Positions 1 through 12,520 of a DNA stretch of 64,000 bases are shown here, piece by piece (the stretch's first letter is position 1; each line of letters starts with the position of its first letter). The notes beneath the pieces are model-generated. The model saw only the letters and a program-made list of their open reading frames with translations. It had not been told where the DNA came from and did no database searches. This DNA is from Eledone cirrhosa (Eukaryota): contig OZ024741.1 of NCBI GenBank assembly GCA_964016885.1, positions 113,894,001 through 113,958,000 on the forward strand. Direction: 5' to 3'. The position numbers and the translations under genes were made by a program.

Positions 1-183
1 AACCTCCCAGACCCACACTGTAAATGTGGTTGGTGTTAGGAAGGGCATCCAACTGTAGAAAACCTGCCAGACAGTCCTATGCGAGCAAGACAATCACTCT
101 TGCCTCAAGTGGGAAAACCCCCGTCCAAACCCATGCAAGCGTGGAACACGGACGTTAAACGTTGATGATGATGATGATGATGA
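1..183 (+). mobile_element. 3' end of RTE-related element (5'UTR-like module plus (GAT)n tail)
   Basis: gttggtgttaggaagggcatcc..ctgtagaaa motif followed by cggacgttaaacg(atg)n; same module inverted at 33004-33170 and 51383-51550. Confidence 0.8.
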
Positions 184-556
184 TATACATAATTCAAATT
201 AAAAGATATATGTATGTATAGAGAGAAAGAGCCATATATCAATTGAGAAACACATAGTATTTTGTACTTATATAAAGCACATCATATTTAGGAATAAATA
301 CATACTTTAAGGTGGAATAGTTCTTTCCTTATGGTACCATTGCTATCTATCTTCTTGGTCTAAAACTCAGATCCTATCAGATATAAAAGTATTTCGTACC
401 ATACACTTTATTGGAACTTATCCAAAGACGAATTCCTCTGTTGATGTGTCCACGTCTCCTGTAGCTTTACCAAAATAGATAGTTGGTTATCTATGATCGA
501 TTGCTTAAATTGAGTTTTGTTATGGTTTACAAACCATAAGGAAAGAAGAACTTAAT

Positions 557-681
557 GTTAGAGTTAGGGCTATGCCTAGGGCTGAGATTGTGCTAGGGTC
601 AATGTTATGTTTAGGGTTGGGTTTATGGTTTAGGTTTAGGGTTAGGGTTAGGGTTATGGTTAAGGTAAGGGTTAGGGTTAT
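557..681 (+). repeat. degenerate interstitial (TTAGGG)n-like repeat
   Basis: tttagggttagggttagggtta and many one-off variants. Confidence 0.75.
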
Positions 682-735
682 TGTTACTACTATGGTTTAA
701 TATATTCACTGTACAGCACCTTGTGCAAGTGTATA

Positions 736-778
<43 letters not shown>

Positions 779-779
779 G

Positions 780-914
780 CATGCTTTAAATGGGCATGCT
801 ATGAAGGTACACAGAAATACACATATCATCATCATCATTTTAAAGCGGACGTAAAATGATGATGATGACATATGTGTTTCTATGTACCTTCATAGCATGC
901 CCATTTAAAGCATG
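780..914. repeat. long inverted repeat (~63 bp arms, 9 nt loop)
   Basis: catgctttaaatgggcatgctatgaaggtaca... is mirrored by ...tgtaccttcatagcatgcccatttaaagcatg. Confidence 0.9.
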
Positions 915-1129
915 AGCAACATTTGTTTATGTCCTGTATAAACAATATATTCTGCAGCTAACTGGTTTAATGAAAATGAGTGGTATATATCATACTTAAA
1001 AATAAAATAAAAATACAGTATGGGCTGGCATCAGGAACAGTATCCATCTGTAGGAAAACTGCATCAAAAATGACTTGTCCAACCCATACCAGTATGGAAA
1101 AAGCTGCCATAAATATATAGGGGATAAAT

Positions 1130-1262
1130 ACGACCACCATGATCATGACGATGATGGCCATGATGAAGAAGATGACCATCATGATGATGATGAACATGAT
1201 CATGACGATCATGATACTCATGACAAAAATGACGGTGATAATGATGACTATTATGATGATGA
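1130..1262. repeat. degenerate (GAT/CAT)n microsatellite
   Basis: direct reading; source of the His/Asp/Met-rich spurious ORFs. Confidence 0.85.
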
Positions 1263-1320
1263 AACAAACAATAATTTTCTCACATGCAAATACACATAGG
1301 TTTGTATCCACATTTTGGGT

Positions 1321-1640
1321 GAAGGCATGTAGTTTAGTGGTTAGGGTGTTCAACTCATGATCATAGAGTCATGAGTTTGATTCTTGGACTGGGCAGTGTG
1401 TCATAACATTGAGCAAGACACTTTATTTCATATTGATCCAGTCTACTCAGCTGGCAAAAATGAGTTGTACTTGTAATTCAAGGGACCAGTTTTGTTACAC
1501 ACTCTGTCCCACTGAATCTCCCTCAGATCTAAATTAAGGGTACCCGTGTCTGTGGAATGCTCAGCCACTTACACATTAATTTCATGAGCATGCAGCTCCA
1601 TCGATTGAATCAACTGGAGCACTCATCATCAGAAACAACA
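1321..1640 (+). mobile_element. tRNA-derived SINE
   Basis: A box tagtttagtgg, B box gagtttgattc, body gagcaagacactttatttc..ccagtctactcagctg; 3' part recurs near 36340-36480 and 46740-46860. Confidence 0.75.
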
Positions 1641-1879
1641 GAGGGCTTGTATATGAACATTTTACACTAAGTCTGAGAGAATGTGGAGGTGGAACTGATG
1701 AGAAAAGGCAATTCTCAGCTACTAAGGGTAGGACTTCTAACCATTTTCCAAGACACAAACCAAAATATGGAGCCACAAATTGATAAGAACACACCATCCC
1801 CAGCTGAATTTCACCATAAATACAGATTGTCTGTAATATATAAAATTTATAAAATGATACTGGCAGCAATGATGGAAAT

Positions 1880-2110
1880 ATAGTGGTGGCATCGGTGGTA
1901 GTGGTGTGGTGGTGGTGGTGATGGTGGAGGGAGTGGTGGCGGGGGTGGTGTTGTTGTTGTTGGTGGTGATGGCAGCGGTGTTTGTGGTGTTGGTGATGGT
2001 GGTATCAGTATATTTGTTATTGTTGTTGTTGTTAGTGGTGGTTGTGGTGGTGGTGGTGGTGTGTTAGTGGTGAAGATGATGGAAATATTATAGGTGATTG
2101 TGGATAGTGG
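1880..2110. repeat. degenerate (GGT/GTT)n microsatellite
   Basis: direct reading. Confidence 0.85.
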
Positions 2111-2413
2111 CAGTGAATACATATATATATATTATGATGAAAACAGGTAGTAGCAATCCAATAGCATTTATTCCAGAGCCCAATATTTCCCACCCACCCC
2201 CTTCTTCAACGACCGGGGGAAGGGGACAGGGGGGGAGGGAGTTTGTGGTGGTGGGAAGGGAGGGGGGATTACTGTATTTTTGACATGAAATTACCATGAA
2301 ATATTTATGTATTCCAAGAATGATAACTTTCAAAATCTATTCCCTCCACTACCAGTTATAAAAAGGAAAAACACTACTACAATCATCACATTATCATTAT
2401 CAGTTATTGAAGT

Positions 2414-2727
<314 letters not shown>

Positions 2728-3334
2728 ATAAAGTATGTCCTAGAATCATTTGATAATATATATACACCATTTCCTCTCCCAATTAACATAATTAACCACA
2801 CAAAAAATCTATTAGACCAGGCTATAAGATTAAAAGGCACCTATAAAGAAATAGTAGATAAATAAACGACAGCAATCTCTTCGCGGCCAACCGCCATAGA
2901 ATATTTACCCAACAAATCAACAGCACGTGGAAATCGATTAAATATACCGTCAACCATACACAATTAGGTGTAAAATTAAAGTTAGAAGAAATGCATATAT
3001 ACCTACCAGGATTATGATTCTACCCTCGGGTTTCGTTCGCATTTGGAAATATCCTATTAAGGATAAAATCTCGAGCTTCGAACTCATCAGGAAACAAACT
3101 CGTTTGGACAAATAATTTTCTAAAGTGATCCCCGCCAGAAACGAATTCAAAATGGCTAAGAATTGTGACGTGGCAGTGGTCAAGTCAGAAATAATGTGAT
3201 TGGTTGCTTACGGCGAGTGCGCTGGTTGCTAGAAAGCGCAGCCCAATATTGCCCAAATTGCATCTCAACCTAATGGGAGATTATTAAATATAAAGATTTA
3301 CATAGACAAAGCCACAGATATATATTTTTTTGTG

Positions 3335-3461
<127 letters not shown>

Positions 3462-3589
3462 AGGAAGTTATAGTTCACTTGAAGCATTGTGTAATGAGGT
3501 ATAAACGTTTGTATGTGTAAAGCCAAAATAATGCAGGTATGGACATAGAATATAAATGCAAATGCAAAAGATATTGTTGAGAATTAGTC

Positions 3590-4480
3590 TTTTACCTTAA
3601 ATTTATTTAAATGTCCTTAATTTTCGAGATAATATCTCTTCTTCGGAGGGGAGTAAAGCGGTTAAACCAGTGTTCTAAATAGCGTGCCAAGTCATGCTGA
3701 CAGGAAATGGTATAGAGTATCTGTTCTATCTCTAATGTCAAAGAGTGAAGGTTAGGTGGGTAAAGAGTAGTCTCCCTTTAAAAGGGGTTTTGTACATGCA
3801 TGTTTAAGTGTGTGGGAGAATACGTGAAGGTGTAAGTATGTGTGTGTGTGTGCGAGTGTAAGAAGATATGTCTATACGTAAATGTACGTATAGACATAGG
3901 TAGATGCTCTCTCGTGTTAGAATCGGTCTTTGTGTGTGTGTGAGAGAGAATAAGTGGAGGTGTAAGCGTGTATGTGTGGGGGGTGTAAGTATGGGGGAGG
4001 GGGTGTAAGTATGGGGCTAGAATTTCTATCAAGTTATAAATTGGGTGTTGAGTTATAGTCTATTATTGATTGGTGGTTGTGTTTTATCTATAATCAGTGC
4101 TTCCTTAATTCTAAGATTGCCGAGGTTTCTTTCCTTAGTTTCTATCCTAACGGTTATAGTTTTGTCGGTGTTTTTGCATTTCATTAGGTGTTTCTTAAAT
4201 GAGGAAGCGTTAGTATTGAGGTGTTCTTTTATTCTTATGAGAAGTGGTCTGGTGGTGCTACCTACGTAGAAGTTGCTGCATTTGTCGCACTCTAGTCTGT
4301 ATACGACGTAAGCCTGGTGGCATAGGTCTGTGTCGTTGATGGAGCAGTTGGCTAGCCTACAGCGGCTGTCATGTCTGGTGGAGTGTCTTTTGGTTAGCTG
4401 TCCGCGTAGAGAAGGTCCTGAGTGGGCTAGTTGGATATCTAGTCCCTCTCGTCTGATAGCTCTGCGGATGGCTGTTATAC
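3590..4480 (-). mobile_element. Penelope-like element 3' fragment with GIY-YIG endonuclease and downstream hammerhead-like motif
   Basis: ORF 4053-4484: CRLANC..C..VVYRLECDKCSNFYVGSTTRPLLIRIKEH..IKEALII..P.IN; degenerate minimal hammerhead at ~3614-3650. Confidence 0.85.
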
Positions 4481-4539
4481 ACATACATACATCTACAGTA
4501 CTCTATGGAATGTGAGACCATACATAAACAAGACACTGA

Positions 4540-4665
4540 TCCCTGGTTTGCTTGGGAAATCAGTGGTTTCGTTTCAGTATGGACTTGTTCTATGTAGACC
4601 CATCCAACCCTTGCTAGCAGACAAAGCAGACATTAAAAGGACAATGATGGTGATGATGAGGATGA
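4540..4665 (+). mobile_element. RTE LINE 3' tail fragment
   Basis: agacccatccaacccttgctagcag...(gat)n, homologous to the tail at 18325-18390. Confidence 0.6.
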
Positions 4666-4737
4666 ATATATATACATATATATACATATATGCGTACACA
4701 TATATATATATATACACACACACACACATACGTACAC

Positions 4738-4799
<62 letters not shown>

Positions 4800-5246
4800 G
4801 TGTGTGTGTGTGTGTAAGTATAGCATTGTGAGATATATGAGACTGATAAATTTCAAAAAGGCAGGATAATGTGGTAGAAATATATAAAGGGCAAAGGATG
4901 ACAAATAAAACATGGTTTTATAGAGGTGATGGAAAGGAATGTGGGCAATTTCAGAATCAAACAATTTCAACAACAAGAAAAAACCACAGATGAATAATAG
5001 ATTGGAATGCAGGAAACATACATGTGTATTTCAGAGTTAAGGAAGAACTCATCAATTGTTCATTTTTGTTTTGAACCGTTTCCGTTTCACATTTGAAAAG
5101 AGGGCAATAAATAGCCTTGAAATATGTTGAAATATCCTGGATACAACATAATTTTGTTTTGTTTTGTTTGTCATGCTTTGCCCTTTATATATTTCTATCG
5201 CATTGTACCATTCCTGCTTACTTGTACATACATACATACATACATA

Positions 5247-8200
5247 ATGGCGACCGTTGTGGTCAGTGTCCGATAATCGGACGTGTGTAATTACGGCTTA
5301 CATGAAGGCAACATACCATATATTGGAAAAAGTTGAGCTACATTACGCGGTAAGATTACATACAATAATTCTACATAAGTGTTTGAACTGTAAGTGTGTT
5401 GTAAAACACCTATTTATATGAACGATACATACACTTATGATATATGAACGATACATGCACTTTAACATATAAATGAAACGTTGTTATATTACATTTATAA
5501 AGAAATATACAAGTAACGTTTTCGATGCAGAAACAAAAACATAAGTGTTTGAACTGTGAATATGTTGTGAATAAGTTGTAGAACACCTGTTTATATGAAT
5601 GATACATAAACTTTAACATATAAATACAGCGTTGTTATATTATATTACATTCATAAAGAAATATACTAAGTAACGGTTCTTTTTGTTCTCGATTCAAACG
5701 ATTCAAGAACAACGTTTAAAACACAGTTGTAGAATTAAAAACTAACTGAAAAGAAATATTACCCAAGCTGTGAATAACTTTAAATTTGATTCTGACAGAA
5801 CTTTGTCGAAACTTTTAAAGAAGATCATCGACTATTTTGAAAAATAAATACGAAATATTAGTGAATAGACGAACTCATCATGGCAAAAAGTACAAGTCTC
5901 CTTCGACCAAATCGCAACTACAACCGTTGTATACAGTGGAGCTACGAGCTTAACAAAGAATTATATGAAGCATACAAACAATCTGAACCCCAAAAGTTCG
6001 GTTTTATGCAAAGGCTAAAAACTTTATGGAACTCCAAACACCCAGAATTAGACTTTTCTCCAAAGCATTTAAATGAACAGGCAAAACGTATCATTAGATG
6101 TAAATTGATACATCTAACGGAATTGAGTGATACTACAAATACAGCCCTTGTAGACAACCACTCCACCTCCACTGACAGACAAAGAGAATGGCCAGCTAAA
6201 TCTAACAGTGAACAGCTCACCAACAATTTTGCTGAAATCCATCCCACTTCCACTGAAGAACAGCGAGAAAGGTCAGCTAACTCTAGTAGTAATTGTCACC
6301 ACATCAACAACGAGGCTGAAATTCATGACTCTACTGAACAAACAGAACACCAAAAACTTGTGGACACCCTACAAGTGATATGGAACGATATGTTTCAAGA
6401 GATACACAGCCTTAATGTGAGTGACAGACCATACAACACTAGAGTCAGTAAAGAACCCACTAAATTGGAATTGGAAGCGGTGAACGAAATAGCTGGCAAT
6501 TATCTGAAGGCTATACGTGTATAAACGACATTTGAAACGCTTAATATTTTGTTATATGTTTCAGCTGTCACATTGCTATCATATAACACACATCTAAAAC
6601 CACGCAATCAAGATACAAACAGAAAGCCTGAACCAGCGTGGATGCGAAATTTAAAAAGCAAAATTTTGTCCCTGAGACGAAGTATCTCACACATCGCAGT
6701 CGTTATGAAATGCAACATAGATAGCAACTTCACACGACACCAGGAAGACCTAAAAAAAAGTTAGAGAGACGATTTGGAGATACAAAATTTAAAACTTTGA
6801 ACTCCAAATTACACCAGTTGAAACAACAACTCACAGCTACAACAGAAAGACTAAAATATAATTCAACAGCACATAAACGACAAGTGCTAAATAGATTGTT
6901 TGCCAGAGATCCTAAATCAGTTTATCGCAGCTTCGGTGGCAAAAGCTCAATCCCTGTAAATGACACCCCTTCAAAACAACAGTTGAGAGCTACTGGAGAT
7001 CTGTATGGGAAACGGATGACGGATTCAACAGACAAACTAATTGGCTAAAAGAACTGGAACAAGACTACTGCCAACATGTCCAGACAAAACAATATGACAT
7101 AGATGGATCAATACTGGAAACAGCTCTACAGAAAATGTCGAATAGGAAATCACCAGGCCCAGACCTCATTACAGGATACTGGTTGAAAAATTTTACTTTC
7201 TATCGGCAAGATCTCATACGGCTATTTAGAGAAACCATTAAAGGCACACGAGAACTGCCCAGATGGTTATCAACTGCCACTACTCTCCTCATTCCCCAAA
7301 ATAGCCAAACCACCCTTGCTAAAAATTACCGCCCAATTGCCTGCCAAAACATCATGTATAAATTATATATTGGGTGCCTTAACCTCTTCTTACAGGATCA
7401 CTGTGCTACCAACAACATCATAACACCTGAGCAAGCTGGTGGAAAGAGGGAGGTGTGGGGTTGCATAGATCACCTACTAACTAACAAAATGATTCAGGAA
7501 AAAACAACAAAGAATCGCAGAAACATGACTGTGGTGTGGCTGGACTATCAAAAAGCATTTGATAGTGTACCTCATGAGTGGATTATTAAGGCTTTACAGT
7601 TAGCTATAGTCCCACAACCATTGGTAGCTGCTGTTGAACGCCTGACCAAGAATTGGTACACCAATTTGATCCTTAGAGGTGAGAAGGAGCAAGTTAAGAC
7701 TGATAAGATACATTACCAGAAGGGCATTTTTCAGGGTGATAGCTTGTCAGTGCTACTCTTCGTTCTCTCACTGAATCCACTATCTTACCTACTCAGGAAA
7801 CAAGGTGGACAAAGAAGTGGGCCCAGAAGTATCTCCCATCTTTTCTTTGTTGACGACCTGAAGTTGTATGGGCCAAATATCAATGACATCAAGAAACAAT
7901 TGGACCTCATTACACAATTTTCAACCGACATCAAAATGAAATTTGGTGAGTCCAAGTGTGCATATTTGGCAGTAAAACGTGGAAGAGCTGTGCCCTCCTC
8001 TAGAAATCTAGAGATGAACGGCCTGACAATACAACCTCTACAGTCAGGTGACAACCACAGATATCTTGGACAGGATGAGAATGTCAGATATGATGGACCC
8101 ATAAATAAGGAGAGAACCAGAACTGAATACCTCAGAAGAGTAAAGAAAATATGGTCATCAGAATTGTCAACGTACAACAAATACATTGCCCACAATACTT

Positions 8201-9470
8201 ATGCTGTGCCAATTCTAACGCCAATTCTAACGCCAACATTTGGCCTGCTGAACTGGTCATTGCAAGAACTAAGTGAGATGGATGTTAGAACTCGAAAACT
8301 TCTCAGTGTTACTGGGAACTTTAACATCAATGGTGATGTGGATAGGCTATACTTCTCACGCAAGGAAGGTGGCTGGGGTCTAAAATCAATATTAACAACA
8401 TATGAGACCCGGATAGTAACACTGAAGCAACGCCTTCAACAGAGGAAAAAGGTTGGCAACCATCTTGCCCAGGTTTATGAGCATGAAAAAAAAAATATCA
8501 TTAGAATAGCGACTGATCTGGAGGAGAGATATGGAATAAAGCCTGATATAAATCTCTCACCCAGAGAAATCGGAAGATCCTATTCAATGTTCAAACAAGA
8601 TTTAAAAAATTGACCAATTTACAGAAAAAGTTGTGCATGGATAATTGAGGCGTAAAACACAGACCATAGAGGGGATAAACCACTCAAAAAGCCTGGCATG
8701 GAGTTCCGACAAGTTTATGACATCACACCTTGAGGGATATCTCTATGCAATACAGGAACAAGAACTCCCTACCAAATATCTGCTGCACAAAAGAGGAGGG
8801 CCAGCAGCTGACAATAAATGTAGGCTATGTAAAACAAAGATCGAGGATGTAAGCCACATTATTGCCAGCTGCGAAAGAATGTCATCTCGCTACTACCTCC
8901 CATGAGACGCGATGGGATAGCTAGAACCATCTGGAACGCACTTCGGAAAACAAAATTAACAACAAACGAGGAAGAATATATTGAGACAGATGGCACTAAG
9001 GAATACTGGTGGAACCTGAAAATAAAAACTGCCACCAAATTAAAGCACAACCGGCCTGATATTGTTGTTTGGGACCACACATTGAAAACGTGTTCTGTTG
9101 TGGAGATCAGCTGCCCACTTGATGTAAATGTTGTCAGAAAAATACAGGAGAAGGAGGACATCTACGGACCATTGATGAGGAGTTTACAAATCCAGTATCC
9201 AAGATACACCTTTAACTTCATACCCATCATTATTGGAGCTACGGGTTATATACCAACCCGCTTGGACCAAAGTATGACTGAACTTGGATTTGCGGACAAA
9301 AAGCGCAGCTCCCTAATTCATAGTCTGCAAATGGCTGCGATAGCTGGCACCTTCAAAATTTGCAAAACATTCTTGCGATTCAAGAGATGACAACTTCTTT
9401 TCATTTACAACCTTGCCACCAGGAAGGTGGCCGGTCAAAAAAAATACTCGAAATTAATAGAAAGAGATAA
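5247..9470 (+). mobile_element. full-length R4/Dong-clade non-LTR retrotransposon (RT + CCHC + restriction-like endonuclease) inserted in (CATA)n
   Basis: RT motifs KSPGPD, NYRPIAC, LDYQKAFDSV, GIFQGDSLS, FVDD; CRLC..HIIASC; RHD/KHNRPDIV..VEISCP..KEDIY RLE domain; (CATA)n on both flanks. Confidence 0.93.
5880..9390 (+). pseudogene. disrupted single ORF of the R4 element
   Basis: collinear ORF pieces 5880-6524, 6549-6764, 6797-7048, 7135-8613, 8645-8905, 8902-9390 broken by stops and frameshifts. Confidence 0.88.
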
Positions 9471-9521
9471 CATACATACATACATACATACATACATACA
9501 TACATACATACATACATACAT

Positions 9522-10125
9522 GGTGGCTACCAACTCGTTTTCGAGTACGGCTACTACTCTATATCCTTATAGGAGAACTCCTACCGATGCGCTGAACGAG
9601 TGTGACTTTTTAGTCCAGCCAGCAACTTGAAAACTCTGGTACAAACACTACACTTGTGACAATTATTGACACATAGTGCTGGGCCCATGGTACCATGTGA
9701 CGACAAGTGCAGAGAGATCTCCAGATATAAAGCAATGCCTGTGTCGTGAAGCTTTTATAGTGAGCAAAGGCACTGCACAAAGCCAGTCCCACTCTCTTAA
9801 CCAAGATGATATTTACCAAAAAGAAAAACAAGTCAACATCATTGGATACCATCAGGGTTGCAGGTGTTATATCAGAGTTTTCCTTCTCCTAGAATTCTGC
9901 CTTGACAAAGGCTAAGGAGTCATCTCTCCCGGTGATTTTGGATGGCCATTGACTCTTAAGAGCTCCTTTGACCTTTGACAGGTTTTGTTTTTAGTCCTGC
10001 AGGATGTCCAGTCACCCTCCTCACCAAGAAACCTTGTAGGGGTTGCCAGTTTAGTCGCCAACGACCTGACCATGAGACAGGTTGTACTGGGATACATGTT
10101 ACCAGTAGCACCAACTGGTGACCTG
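9522..10125 (-). mobile_element. non-autonomous bipartite RTE-derived element 'B', copy 1 (RTE-type 5'UTR + C2H2 zinc-finger 3' end, (TATG)n tail)
   Basis: minus strand carries ctaggagaaggaaaactctg (RTE 5'UTR-type motif) and ends CSVCTRVFKLLAGLKSHTRSAHR*; no RT; (CATA)n on both flanks. Confidence 0.75.
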
Positions 10126-10185
10126 ACATACATACATACATACATACATACATACATACATACATACATACATACATACATACAT

Positions 10186-10820
10186 GGTGGCTGCCAACTC
10201 GTTTTCGAGTACGGCCACTACTTTACATCCATGTAGGATAACCCCTACCGAAGCGCTGAACGAGTGTGACTTTTTAGTCCAGCCAGCGACTTGAAACCTC
10301 TGGTACAAACACTACACCTGTGACAATTATTGACACATAGTGCTGGGCCCATGGTAGGACAATTATTGACACATAGTGCTGGGCCCATGTGAGGACAAGT
10401 GCAGAGAGATCTCCAGATATAAAGCAATGCCTGTGCCGTGAAGCTTTTATAGTGAGCAAAGGCACTGCACAAAGCCAGTCCCACTCTCTTAACCAAGATG
10501 CTATTTACCAAAAAGAAGAACAAGTCAACATCATTGGATACCATCAGGGTTGCAGGTGTTATATCAGAGTTTTCCTTCTCCTAGAATTCTGCCTTGACTA
10601 AGGCTAAAGGGGTCATCTCTCCCGGTGATTTTGGATGGCCATTGACTCTTAAGAGCTCCTTTGCCCTTTGACAGGTTTTGTTTTTAGTCCTGCAGGATGT
10701 CCAAAGTCACCCTCCTCACCAAGAAACCTTGGTGGGGTTGCCAGTTTAGTCGCCAACGACCCGACCATGAGACAGGTTGTACTGGGATACATGTTACCAG
10801 TAGCACCAACTGGTGACCTG
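10186..10820 (-). mobile_element. element B copy 2
   Basis: same termini as copy 1, with substitutions and an internal duplication of gacaattattgacacatagtgctgggcccatg. Confidence 0.8.
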
Positions 10821-10872
10821 ACATACATACATACATACATACATACATACATACATACATACATACATACAT

Positions 10873-12457
10873 ACATCAAGAAACAATTGGACCTCATTAC
10901 ACAATTTTCAACCGACATCAAAATGAAATTTGGTGAGTCCAAGTGTGCATATTTGGCAGTAAAACGTGGAAGAGCTGTGCCCTCCTCTAGAAATCTAGAG
11001 ATGAACGGCCTGACAATACAACCTCTACAGTCAGGTGACAACCACAGATATCTTGGACAGGATGAGAATGTCAGATATGATGGACCCATAAATAAGGAGA
11101 GAACCAGAACTGAATACCTCAGAAGAGTAAAGAAAATATGGTCATCAGAATTGTCAACGTACAACAAATACATTGCCCACAATACTTATGCTGTGCCAAT
11201 TCTAACGCCAATTCTAACGCCAACATTTGGCCTGCTGAACTGGTCATTGCAAGAACTAAGTGAGATGGATGTTAGAACTCGAAAACTTCTCAGTGTTACT
11301 GGGAACTTTAACATCAATGGTGATGTGGATAGGCTATACTTCTCACGCAAGGAAGGTGGCTGGGGTCTAAAATCAATATTAACAACATATGAGACCCGGA
11401 TAGTAACACTGAAGCAACGCCTTCAACAGAGGAAAAAGGTTGGCAACCATCTTGCCCAGGTTTATGAGCATGAAAAAAAAAATATCATTAGAATAGCGAC
11501 TGATCTGGAGGAGAGATATGGAATAAAGCCTGATATAAATCTCTCACCCAGAGAAATCGGAAGATCCTATTCAATGTTCAAACAAGATTTAAAAAATTGA
11601 CCAATTTACAGAAAAAGTTGTGCATGGATAATTGAGGCGTAAAACACAGACCATAGAGGGGATAAACCACTCAAAAAGCCTGGCATGGAGTTCCGACAAG
11701 TTTATGACATCACACCTTGAGGGATATCTCTATGCAATACAGGAACAAGAACTCCCTACCAAATATCTGCTGCACAAAAGAGGAGGGCCAGCAGCTGACA
11801 ATAAATGTAGGCTATGTAAAACAAAGATCGAGGATGTAAGCCACATTATTGCCAGCTGCGAAAGAATGTCATCTCGCTACTACCTCCCATGAGACACGAT
11901 GGGATAGCTAGAACCATCTGGAACGCACTTCGGAAAACAAAATTAACAACAAACGAGGAAGAATATATTGAGACAGATGGCACTAAGGAATACTGGTGGA
12001 ACCTGAAAATAAAAACTGCCACCAAATTAAAGCACAACCGGCCTGATATTGTTGTTTGGGACCACACATTGAAAACGTGTTCTGTTGTGGAGATCAGCTG
12101 CCCACTTGATGTAAATGTTGTCAGAAAAATACAGGAGAAGGAGGACATCTACGGACCATTGATGAGGAGTTTACAAATCCAGTATCCAAGATACACCTTT
12201 AACTTCATACCCATCATTATTGGAGCTACGGGTTATATACCAACCCGCTTGGACCAAAGTATGACTGAACTTGGATTTGCGGACAAAAAGCGCAGCTCCC
12301 TAATTCATAGTCTGCAAATGGCTGCGATAGCTGGCACCTTCAAAATTTGCAAAACATTCTTGCGATTCAAGGGATGACAACTTCTTTTCATTTACAACCT
12401 TGCCACCAGGAAGGTGGCCGGTCAAAAAAAATACTCGAAATTAAGAGAAAGAGATAA
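10873..12457 (+). mobile_element. 5'-truncated R4 copy 2
   Basis: near-identical to 7886-9470; starts at ACAT microhomology with the (CATA)n tract. Confidence 0.93.
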
Positions 12458-12520
12458 CATACATACATACATACATACATACATACATACATACATACAT
12501 ACATACATACATACATACAT

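Noticed and set aside
1064-1360. His/Asp/Met-rich ORFs resembling metal-binding proteins
   Set aside because: Open in several frames because of a degenerate trinucleotide repeat; no start or splice context.
3160-3320. Promoter-like cluster (TGACGT, ATTGG, RFX-like gttgctag)
   Set aside because: The gttgctagaaa..gcagcc..caaat part recurs as a dispersed repeat (~47870, ~48550), so the motifs are not independent evidence.
5247-5340. HDV-like ribozyme at the 5' end of R4 family 1
   Set aside because: Could not assemble P1/P3/L3/P2 in the required order; only simple hairpins are visible.
8598-8613. Possible programmed -1 frameshift at T TTA AAA shared by all three R4 copies
   Set aside because: The downstream homologous frame (att gac caa ttt..cat gga) needs a +1 shift, and the -1 frame hits a stop; more likely an inherited indel.
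10668-11600. 310-aa fusion ORF
   Set aside because: Chance read-through from antisense element B across (CATA)n into a truncated R4.
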